Counted from the stretch's first letter, positions 1 to 7,017 are shown. The stretch is DNA of 10,215 nucleotides from Candidatus Aenigmatarchaeota archaeon (GCA_029932645.1 JAOZPR010000017.1:4810-15024), one strand, 5' to 3'. The notes: a model not told the origin generated them from the sequence alone. Made by a program: numbers and translations.

Positions 1-8
1 AAATAATA

Positions 9-135
9 TGCCGGAGGCGAGTTTCGAACTCGCGACCTCTACGTTTCTGCGCTTTTGATTTTGTCATTGCTGCAAGAACAGCTCAAAGCTCATAAAACTT
101 ATGAGCGTAGCGCTCTACCACTGAGCTACTCCGGC
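9..135 (-). tRNA. tRNA-Met(CAT), elongator type, intron at position 37/38, no encoded CCA
   Basis: Reverse complement folds as GCCGGAG-TA-GCTC AGTGGTA GAGC-G-CTACG CTCATA [intron] A CGTAG-AGGTC-GCGAG TTCGAAA CTCGC-CTCCGGC-A. Anticodon CAT is at 103..101. The G1-C72 pair and GCCGG start fit archaeal elongator Met rather than initiator (A1-U72) or Ile2. Confidence 0.95.
45..99 (-). other. 55-nt tRNA intron with relaxed bulge-helix-bulge and an internal box C'/D'-like K-turn
   Basis: Removing 99..45 restores a 7-nt anticodon loop CTCATAA closed by CTACG/CGTAG. The intron ends pair in BHB register (GTTTT-a-TGA with TCAAAAGC), but only 2 of 4 central-helix pairs form. Confidence 0.88.
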
Positions 136-515
136 ATCTGTTCGCTTTTGTTCATCTTTTCGTTTCTTTTGACCTCATAAAAAAGTCTTTTGGCGTCTTC
201 TGCTGTTTTTGCCTCGGCATCGCCAAAAATGTGTGGATGTCGCCTTATCATCTTTTCCTTCAGTTCTTTTAGGGCTTGTTCCAGTGTGAATAAGCCTTCT
301 TCCTCTGCTATCTCTGTTATAAGCAATGTGCTGAATAAGATATCTCCTATCTCTTCCCTGAGATTTTCATTGTCTTCGTTTTCTATGGCCTCTGCGAGTT
401 CCTGTGCCTCATCCAACAAATCTTGTTTTAAACTTTTTATGGTTTGCTCGCGGTCCCATGGACATTCTTTCCTTAGTTTGTGTACGAGTTCTCTGATATC
501 ATTTATATTTGCCAT
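126..515 (-). CDS. mazG: MazG-family nucleoside triphosphate pyrophosphohydrolase (single domain)
   Basis: Contains LRKECPWDREQT, EAQELAEAI, LREEIGDILF and KMIRRHPHIF, which are MazG signatures. The stop codon lies inside the tRNA 5' end. Confidence 0.92.
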   Translation of the reverse strand: MANINDIRELVHKLRKECPWDREQTIKSLKQDLLDEAQELAEAIENEDNENLREEIGDILFSTLLITEIAEEEGLFTLEQALKELKEKMIRRHPHIFGDAEAKTAEDAKRLFYEVKRNEKMNKSEQMPE

Positions 516-532
516 GATAACACATCTTTTGG

Positions 533-1480
533 CTATCTAATCAAGCCGAACTGTGCCAGGAGAGCTTCTAACTGTATTAATTCGTTGCTGCCCTCGGTCA
601 GCCTGAATTCATATTCCCCTGTTTTGGCGACTAGCTCCATCTTCTTTTTGTCTGATATTTGCAAAGAGAATATCTCCTTATGAATCTGCTTTATGACGTC
701 TTCGCCTGAAAGGCCCTGCTCAAACAATATGGAAATCAGGATTTTTCTGGCCTGCGTGAATTTGCCCTTCAGCGCAAGATTTAGCATCGCCGTGATTTGC
801 TTTGGTTCTGCCTTGCCAGCAGTTTCGAGTATGATTTTTGATGTTACCTTTTTGCTTGAGATGGCTGCTGTTTGTAGAATATTAACAGCCTTTCTCATAT
901 CACCTTCGCTGAGCTCGAACACCATACCAAGTGATTTCGAATCTATGGTCAGCTTTTCTGCCTTTTGAATCCTTTTCAAATAGTCTGTGGCTTCGTCTTT
1001 CGTGAGCCGGGAGAAGCGAAAGACAGCACACCTGCTCTGGATTGGCAGTATGATTTTAGAAGAGTAGTTAGCAGCAAGTATAAACCGGCATATGCCAGCA
1101 AAGTTCTCCATTGTTCTTCTCAGCGCCTGCTGCGCATCTCTGGTGAGAGCATCTGCTTCATCAAGATATATTATCTTAAAAGAGTCCCCTATGGCTCTGG
1201 TCCTTGCAAAGTCCTTGACTTTTGTCCTTATGGTATCTATTCCACGCTCGTCAGATGCATTCAGCTCGAGAAAGTTTGAGTGCCAATGCTCTCCAAAAAA
1301 TGCCCTGGCTATGCAGAGTGCTGCGGTAGTCTTGCCTGTTCCGGCCGGTCCTGCAAAAAGGCAGTGCGGCAGTGAGCGCTTTTTAACAAAGGATTCAAGC
1401 CTGTTCACGATTTCTTTTTGCCCAGCCATTTCTTCGAGCTTTTTCGGCCTGTATTTCTCGGTCCATATCTCTTCAAACAT
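533..1480 (-). CDS. rfcS: Replication factor C small subunit (clamp loader), intein-free
   Basis: Contains WTEKYRP, Walker A GPAGTGKTT, ELNASDERGID, Walker B LDEAD, QQALRRTME and the SRC motif; 315 aa. Confidence 0.97.
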   Translation of the reverse strand: MFEEIWTEKYRPKKLEEMAGQKEIVNRLESFVKKRSLPHCLFAGPAGTGKTTAALCIARAFFGEHWHSNFLELNASDERGIDTIRTKVKDFARTRAIGDSFKIIYLDEADALTRDAQQALRRTMENFAGICRFILAANYSSKIILPIQSRCAVFRFSRLTKDEATDYLKRIQKAEKLTIDSKSLGMVFELSEGDMRKAVNILQTAAISSKKVTSKIILETAGKAEPKQITAMLNLALKGKFTQARKILISILFEQGLSGEDVIKQIHKEIFSLQISDKKKMELVAKTGEYEFRLTEGSNELIQLEALLAQFGLIR

Positions 1481-1499
1481 ATAATCACTTTCCCCGCCA

Positions 1500-1540
1500 C
1501 TTTAATAAATTTCATAGATAATCTCTTAAATCTTTATAAG
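1500..1540. promoter_or_regulatory. Divergent archaeal TATA-like promoters for rfcS (minus) and the transglutaminase-like gene (plus)
   Basis: Plus strand: AAATC-TTTATAAG (TATA-like 1533-1540), about 24 nt before ATG 1564. Minus strand: GAAA-TTTATTAAAG (about 1509..1500), about 20 nt before ATG 1480. The spacing suggests leaderless or short-leader mRNAs. Confidence 0.5.
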
Positions 1541-1563
1541 TGCGCGCGAGTTAATTTAATATA

Positions 1564-3369
1564 ATGAGAAAAATTTTTATAACTCTTCTAATGTTATTCA
1601 TATTTTTTTTAGCTGTTAATATCGCTTTCGCAGCCTCGAAAAACGTCGAGAAGTTTGATGTTGAATTTGTCAAAAGCGGAACATTATATGTCAGCGGCGC
1701 TGTTCGGGATATTGACTTGGAGTTGTATATACCGCAAAAAGGCTTGGAGAGCATGGAGGTATTTCCAGACAATTATGAACAGATAAGGGATGAATATGAT
1801 AATACGATGATAAGAATACACTGGGACAACCCTTCTGGCATCGAGAAGTATAGGGTTAAATTTAGCATAAAGAACGAGGCAAAGCATTTCAGGGACACTG
1901 AATTCATGGGCTATTGGTATCAACATCTGGAAAAGGCCTTGGAAGAGACGCCACTCACAAGGCAGACAGATGAGATGAGGCAGCTGGCATATGCTGATGA
2001 GACAGACCTTGAGAAACTGGTCAGGCTGACCACATGGGCAAAAAGAAATCTAAAGTATGAGCGGGATCCACTGAAGAAGCAGACCAAATCTTCTGAATGG
2101 ATGTTTAAATATCGCAGGGGCGCGTGCGGAGAATATTCTAATCTCTTGACAGCGCTGCTTCGCAGCGCGCAGATTCCTGTTCGATATGTTGTCGGTTATG
2201 CTTATTCCCCTGAAACAACCAATGGCACTGCTCTTGAATCACACGCATGGATAGAAGCCCTTATTGACGGCAGGTGGGTTCCTGCTGACCCGACATGGTT
2301 AGAGGTCGGCTACCTGGATGCTACGCATCTTGTTTTCGCCCACCTACAGGACAGCAATTTCACAGAGAGTATACACTGGCACGGCTCAGGAAATGTGGAA
2401 TGGAAAAAGAATGATATAGAATATAGCATTTTATCTATAGAAGAAAAAAAGCCAAGGCCATTGGCGCTGACTGTCACGCCTGTCAAAGCAAACCAGTATG
2501 GTCTTATAACAGTTGACGTGACAGGCGAATGCTCTATGGTTGACATAGAAGCTCAATCATGCGTCGACAGCATGCACAGACCTGTTTTTGAGATATATGC
2601 TCCAAGGAGGATGTTTTGGCTCTGCCCTGACCAGACTGTTTACTGGCTTTTCCAAGCGCATGCTTTGGGTAATGACTATAAATGCGCTATCACGGTTTAT
2701 GACCAGTCTGATGCAACGGCTGAAAAAGAAATTATTGTAACAGGGAGCAAAGAGACAGAACAAACAATTCTAGACGCGCCTGACCAAGTCTTGGTAAACC
2801 AAGAGTTGGTTATAAAATCAGACAGCGGAGGGCTATTCTTTTCACCAAATCTTACCAGCGCCAAGCAGGGAAGGGAATGGTCAGTTACGCTAAAAACACC
2901 AGGAGCATATAACTTTTATTTTTTCTCTTCTGCGCTTGTCGGAGAAAAAAGCGTTGATGTTGTGACAAAAAAAGAGACAAGCCTATATGTATATAGCCCA
3001 AGAAAAGTTACTGTTGGCCAGAACTTTTCCGTATCTGTTAATGTAAAAAATCTCGTGAGCAAAAAGATTTTTCCTGTCGTGCGATTAATATTTATTAACC
3101 AGACACTTGAAGAAAGAGCAGTTCTCGGTCCTCTTCAGGAAGATAATATAACGTTTGAACTGTCTGCTAACCAGCCAGGCACTTATGAGCTTATTGTGCT
3201 AACTGAATCGAATTATCTGAGCAGCTACACAACAGAAATAACCATAGAAGAGCCGAAAACAATCGTAACAGAGTCAACGAAGATTGCCAAAAGCGCGCTG
3301 GAAAAGTTGCTGGACTTTTTCGAAGTCCTCGGCCAATACCTCAAGAGCGCACTGGGAAAGTATATATGA
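1564..3369 (+). CDS. Secreted transglutaminase-like (TGc) domain protein with C-terminal beta-rich/Ig-like (CARDB-like) regions
   Basis: N-terminal signal peptide MRKIFITLLMLFIFFLAVNIAFA. Cys-His-Asp triad motifs GACGEYS, SHAWIE and WVPADPTW. The C-terminal segment VGQNFSVSVNVKN...GTYELIV looks Ig-like. Confidence 0.85.
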   Translation: MRKIFITLLMLFIFFLAVNIAFAASKNVEKFDVEFVKSGTLYVSGAVRDIDLELYIPQKGLESMEVFPDNYEQIRDEYDNTMIRIHWDNPSGIEKYRVKFSIKNEAKHFRDTEFMGYWYQHLEKALEETPLTRQTDEMRQLAYADETDLEKLVRLTTWAKRNLKYERDPLKKQTKSSEWMFKYRRGACGEYSNLLTALLRSAQIPVRYVVGYAYSPETTNGTALESHAWIEALIDGRWVPADPTWLEVGYLDATHLVFAHLQDSNFTESIHWHGSGNVEWKKNDIEYSILSIEEKKPRPLALTVTPVKANQYGLITVDVTGECSMVDIEAQSCVDSMHRPVFEIYAPRRMFWLCPDQTVYWLFQAHALGNDYKCAITVYDQSDATAEKEIIVTGSKETEQTILDAPDQVLVNQELVIKSDSGGLFFSPNLTSAKQGREWSVTLKTPGAYNFYFFSSALVGEKSVDVVTKKETSLYVYSPRKVTVGQNFSVSVNVKNLVSKKIFPVVRLIFINQTLEERAVLGPLQEDNITFELSANQPGTYELIVLTESNYLSSYTTEITIEEPKTIVTESTKIAKSALEKLLDFFEVLGQYLKSALGKYI

Positions 3370-3396
3370 TGATGCATGATGCTAAATGGGAAGGAA

Positions 3397-3514
3397 GTGT
3401 CTATAATAATAGGAAGTAATAGAATCTCAGGAAAGCAGAGCTTTCCTGGATTTCCCAGAAACCTTCTGGTTTCTGCGGAAAACTGCGAACGAAGTGAGTG
3501 GTGTCTATGATAAT
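3397..3514. repeat. Intergenic tandem-hairpin element flanked by 14-nt near-identical direct repeats
   Basis: Hairpins CAGGAAAGC-aga-GCTTTCCTG (3428-3448) and CAGAAACC-ttct-GGTTTCTG (3456-3475). Direct repeats GTGTCTATAATAAT (3397-3410) and GTGTCTATGATAAT (3501-3514). Confidence 0.7.
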
Positions 3515-4046
3515 CACGATATCTGGAACACCTGGCACAGGTAAAACAAGCATAGCCAGGATTCTCGCAAAGCTCATGGGATGCAAACTCGTTGCTATCA
3601 ATAAGTTTGTGGATGAGCACAAACTTTCTGAAGGCAAAGACAAGGCTGGCTCAAAAATTGTTGACGTAGCCAAACTGAAAAAAGAAATGGAAAAACATCT
3701 GAAAAAATTCAAGGACGACATAATTATAGAAGGTCATCTTGCTCACTTCCTGCGCGCTGATTTCTGTGTCGTGCTGCGCTGCGACCCGATGGTGCTGGAC
3801 AAGCGGCTTAAGAAGAAAGCGTGGCGCAAAGCCAAGATAAAAGAGAACGTGCAGGCAGAGATTTTGGACGTTATTTTGGCCGAGGCGCTTGCGAATAAGA
3901 AGATAAAATGTTTGCTAGAGTTAGACAATACAATGCTTGCCCCTAAGAAATGTGCTAAAAAAATTCTGCGCCTTATTAAGAAAGCAAAGCCGCACAGGGA
4001 GAATGTGCAGTGGCTGAAGAAATATGCGAAGATAATATCAAACTAA
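3507..4046 (+). CDS. AK6/Fap7 (hCINAP)-family adenylate kinase/ATPase
   Basis: P-loop ISGTPGTGKTS, plus IIEGHLAHF, VVLRCDP and KIKENVQAEILD. ATG 3507 (preceded by GGTG) is preferred over the ORF-track GTG at 3498. Confidence 0.88.
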   Translation: MIITISGTPGTGKTSIARILAKLMGCKLVAINKFVDEHKLSEGKDKAGSKIVDVAKLKKEMEKHLKKFKDDIIIEGHLAHFLRADFCVVLRCDPMVLDKRLKKKAWRKAKIKENVQAEILDVILAEALANKKIKCLLELDNTMLAPKKCAKKILRLIKKAKPHRENVQWLKKYAKIISN

Positions 4047-4065
4047 ACCATTAAAAAGTTTTCTC

Positions 4066-4884
4066 GTGTATTTTTATACTTGGTGGTTGGCTGTGAGAAC
4101 GTTCATATTGATAACTGCGCTGACAGCGCTGTTCCTGGGTGTCGGATACTTTTTTGCAGGCACAACAGGAATGCTGATAGGCTTGGTCGTGGCTTTCATC
4201 ACGAACTTTCTTGCCTACTGGTATTCTGACAGGATTGTTCTGACTATGTACAGGGCAAAGCCGCTGTCGGACGCGAAAATAAAAGAAATGGTGTCGAGGC
4301 TTGCCGCGAAAGCGGGACTGCCAGAACCAAAGCTTTACATTGCTGACCTGCCTGTCCCGAATGCATTCGCAACCGGCCGTTGTCCAGCAAAAGCTGCTAT
4401 ATGCGTGACCCGCGGCTTATTGGACCTGTTAAAAAAAGATGAGATAGAGGGAGTCCTCGCCCATGAAATGAGCCACATAAAGCATCGTGACACTCTGATT
4501 CAGACAATGTCAGCCACGATAGCCGGCGCTATAACATGGTTGGGATATCTATTTTGGTTTGGTGATTCACGCAACAGGAGCATTTTTAGTTACTTGCTTT
4601 TGTTCTTTCTCGTTCCAATAGCAGCCACGCTAATAAGGATGGCGATATCTCGAGACCGGGAATTTCGCGCAGACAAGACAGGAGCTCACTTGTCGAGCCC
4701 GTTCTCGCTCGCGAGTGCGCTGGAAAAGATATCATCCATCGCAAAGAAAAATCCGATAAGGGGGAATGCATCGACGTCTTCGATGTTCATAGTAAATCCA
4801 TTTTCATTGTCAGGCTTAGAAGCACTGTTCTCAACACACCCGCCGACAGAAGAACGTGTCAGGCGGCTCCGTGGAATGCTCTGA
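4066..4884 (+). CDS. htpX: Membrane zinc metalloprotease HtpX (peptidase M48); true start probably TTG 4087 or GTG 4093
   Basis: Contains PNAFATG, HExxH motif LAHEMSH, ISRDREFRAD and LFSTHPP, with four hydrophobic segments. Confidence 0.93.
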   Translation: MYFYTWWLAVRTFILITALTALFLGVGYFFAGTTGMLIGLVVAFITNFLAYWYSDRIVLTMYRAKPLSDAKIKEMVSRLAAKAGLPEPKLYIADLPVPNAFATGRCPAKAAICVTRGLLDLLKKDEIEGVLAHEMSHIKHRDTLIQTMSATIAGAITWLGYLFWFGDSRNRSIFSYLLLFFLVPIAATLIRMAISRDREFRADKTGAHLSSPFSLASALEKISSIAKKNPIRGNASTSSMFIVNPFSLSGLEALFSTHPPTEERVRRLRGML

Positions 4885-4894
4885 GCAACGGCGT

Positions 4895-4908
4895 GAAAAC
4901 TTTTAATA
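4895..4908 (+). promoter_or_regulatory. Putative BRE-TATA for rpl40e
   Basis: GAAAAC-TTTTAATA lies about 50 nt upstream of ATG 4960. An SD-like AGGTGA is at 4949-4954. Confidence 0.5.
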
Positions 4909-4959
4909 GTTAACAGGCAAATTAAAAGACACGACATATGATTCGCAAAGGTGAAAAGC

Positions 4960-5145
4960 ATGCCAAAGAAGATTTCACACGACGCCATGGAAAGATTGTT
5001 TCACAGGCAGTATATTTGTATGAGGTGTAATGCTAAAATACGGGCTAACCCACAGAAGGTCAAGGCCGGTAAGGTCAAGTGTAGGAAATGCGGATACAAG
5101 GGCCTCAGGCCAAAGAAGAAAGAGATGAAGGCTGCTGCAAAGTAA
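4960..5145 (+). CDS. rpl40e: 50S ribosomal protein L40e
   Basis: Zn ribbon ICMRCNA...[16 protein letters not shown]. The start at ATG 4960 follows AGGTGA; the ORF-track GTG at 4951 is part of the SD. Confidence 0.92.
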   Translation: MPKKISHDAMERLFHRQYICMRCNAKIRANPQKVKAGKVKCRKCGYKGLRPKKKEMKAAAK

Positions 5146-5207
5146 TGCGGGTGTAATTCTATGCAGTTTTTTAATAGTTTACTATTAATTACTAATTAGG
5201 TAATTAT

Positions 5208-5420
5208 ATGTTAGATCTTTTAGGATTAGAAAAAGGTAAAAAATATTTTATGTATGAGGAAGGTACTGCTGGTCGTATTAAAGTAACGTGTCTAGCTATT
5301 ACAGGTGGACACGGAGTTAAAAATGTGTATCTAAGACCTGAATATGAAGGCCGCTTTAAGGGGGACCTTAAAATCCCTATTAGCGAGACCGGCTATTCTT
5401 TTAGTCCTATAGAATCCTAA
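5208..5420 (+). CDS. Small hypothetical protein (70 aa)
   Basis: The ORF fills an otherwise empty gap on the same strand as its neighbours, with an ATG start and an upstream TATA-like TTTTAATA. No family was recognised. Confidence 0.55.
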   Translation: MLDLLGLEKGKKYFMYEEGTAGRIKVTCLAITGGHGVKNVYLRPEYEGRFKGDLKIPISETGYSFSPIES

Positions 5421-5441
5421 CTTGTCTTATGTTTGCGGCGC

Positions 5442-5464
5442 GCTTTGCGCAAAGCTTTTTAAAG
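5442..5464 (+). promoter_or_regulatory. Putative BRE-TATA of EF-1alpha overlapped by a perfect 14-bp palindrome
   Basis: GCTTTGCGCAAAGC (5442-5455) is directly followed by TTTTTAAAG (5456-5464). Confidence 0.55.
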
Positions 5465-5497
5465 ACTTCTAATATATATTTCTTTGATTTGTCAGAA

Positions 5498-5635
5498 GGA
5501 GCCGTATAGTGTTAGTTTTGGCTAGTGGCTCTAACTAATCGTTTAGGACATACCATAGGACATGCTACATCATATCTTATACCATATGCTAGATTATGTG
5601 TTGCTGTATGGTATGTCATATAGGGGGTATCACAT
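5498..5635 (+). other. Candidate structured 5' leader (or small ncRNA) upstream of EF-1alpha
   Basis: Hairpin GGAGCC/GGCTCT (5498-5532). A long stem is closed by the perfect 11-bp GACATACCATA/TATGGTATGTC (5547-5557/5607-5617). SD-like GGGGGT at 5623-5628. Confidence 0.5.
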
Positions 5636-6904
5636 ATGGCAGAGAAAAAGCCGCATCTTAACTTGGTCACTATTGGTCACGTAGACCACGGAAAATCTAC
5701 CTTAGTTGGCAGAATATTGTATGATTCCGGTGCCATCCGAGATGACCAGTTAAGAAAACTAAAGGATTTGGCAAAAGAGCTCAAGAAGCAGACATTTGAG
5801 TTCGCATTTGTTATGGACAAGCTGAAAGAGGAAAGAGAAAGAGGACTTACGATTGATCTGATGCACCAGAGATTCGACACGAAGAACTATTATTTCACCA
5901 TAATAGACTGTCCAGGACACAGGGACTTTATTAAGAATATGATTACAGGAACATCCCAGGCAGACGGTGCTATACTTGTGGTGTCAGCAAAGGACGGTGT
6001 TCAGGAGCAGACAAAGGAGCACGCTTACCTGGCAAAGGTTTTGGGCGTGGGTCAGATGATTGTTGCTATCAACAAGATGGATGAAATCAAATATGATGAA
6101 AAGCGATACAACGAGGTCAAAGATCAGGTAAGCAAGCTGTTGACTGGTATAGGGTTTGATGTAAAAGAAGTGCCTTTCATACCAACTTCTGCTTTTGTTG
6201 GCGACAATGTTGTCAAGAAGTCAGAAAACACAACATGGTATAAAGGTCCTACAATTGTAGACGCTCTTGACTTGTTCAAAGCACCTGAACAGCCAGTAGA
6301 CAAGCCTTTAAGACTGCCAGTACAAGACGTTTACTCTATCACAGGTGTCGGAACAGTGCCTGTGGGCAGGGTTGAAACAGGGGTACTTAAAGCAGGCGAA
6401 AAGGTTGTTTTTGTCCCATCTGGAACTGTAGGTGAGGTCAAGACCATAGAGATGCACCATGAGCAAATACCAGAGGCAAAGCCAGGAGACAATGTGGGTT
6501 TCAACATACGTGGTGTTGACAAGAAATCTATCAAGAGGGGAGACGTTGTGTGTCACGAGGCTGACGCAGCCAAAGCTGTAACAGAGTTCACAGGGCAGAT
6601 AATTGTTTTGAACCACCCTTCTGTGATTTCAAAGGGTTACACACCGGTGTTCCATTGCCACACAGCACAGGTTGCTTGCACGATTGTTGAGATAGTGAAG
6701 AAACTAGACCCAAAAACAGGCGCGGTGGTACAAGAAAACCCGGACTTCATCAAGACAGGTGATGCAGCCGTGGTTAAGATAAAGCCTACCAAGCCTTTGG
6801 TCATTGAAAAGCAATCTGACATACCTCAGTTGGCCAGATTCGCTATAAGGGACATGGGTCAGACAGTTGCAGCAGGCGTCTGCATTGATACGGTCACAAA
6901 ATAA
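5636..6904 (+). CDS. tuf: Translation elongation factor EF-1alpha (archaeal)
   Basis: Contains [42 protein letters not shown] and [14 protein letters not shown]; 422 aa. Confidence 0.99.
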   Translation: MAEKKPHLNLVTIGHVDHGKSTLVGRILYDSGAIRDDQLRKLKDLAKELKKQTFEFAFVMDKLKEERERGLTIDLMHQRFDTKNYYFTIIDCPGHRDFIKNMITGTSQADGAILVVSAKDGVQEQTKEHAYLAKVLGVGQMIVAINKMDEIKYDEKRYNEVKDQVSKLLTGIGFDVKEVPFIPTSAFVGDNVVKKSENTTWYKGPTIVDALDLFKAPEQPVDKPLRLPVQDVYSITGVGTVPVGRVETGVLKAGEKVVFVPSGTVGEVKTIEMHHEQIPEAKPGDNVGFNIRGVDKKSIKRGDVVCHEADAAKAVTEFTGQIIVLNHPSVISKGYTPVFHCHTAQVACTIVEIVKKLDPKTGAVVQENPDFIKTGDAAVVKIKPTKPLVIEKQSDIPQLARFAIRDMGQTVAAGVCIDTVTK

Positions 6905-6920
6905 GCTAAACAAAGCTCTA

Positions 6921-6956
6921 GAATAGGCTATTGCCTATTCACTTTCTTTTTATTTT
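6921..6956 (+). terminator. Hairpin plus T-rich tract after tuf
   Basis: GAATAGGC-tatt-GCCTATTC (8-bp stem, 6921-6940) is followed by ACTTTCTTTTTATTTT. Confidence 0.65.
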
Positions 6957-7017
6957 AATTCGCTTTCTATTTCTCTTCGTTTATTAGAATATTCGAACAT
7001 ATATTCCTGCTCACCAA

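Noticed and set aside
533..1480. Possible intein in rfcS, a known archaeal intein host
   Set aside because: The 315-aa protein has contiguous motifs and no insertion.
190..1484. Plus-strand ORFs 190..540, 480..683, 693..968, 965..1279 and 1092..1484
   Set aside because: They are antisense shadows of mazG and rfcS with no recognisable motifs.
3366..3420. Box C-like ATGATGA at the transglutaminase stop, a possible C/D sRNA
   Set aside because: No CTGA-like D box at a suitable distance; tandem TGA stop codons explain it.
1551..4988. Minus-strand ORFs opposite the transglutaminase-like gene, the kinase and htpX (e.g. 3225..3620, 3401..3721, 4686..4988)
   Set aside because: They overlap well-supported genes on the other strand and have no family features.
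5677..6913. Minus-strand ORFs within tuf
   Set aside because: They are antisense to a highly conserved gene.
6993..7008. Possible fourth NrdR box around GAACATATATTCC
   Set aside because: Only the AT core matches; the conserved flanking C and G positions do not.
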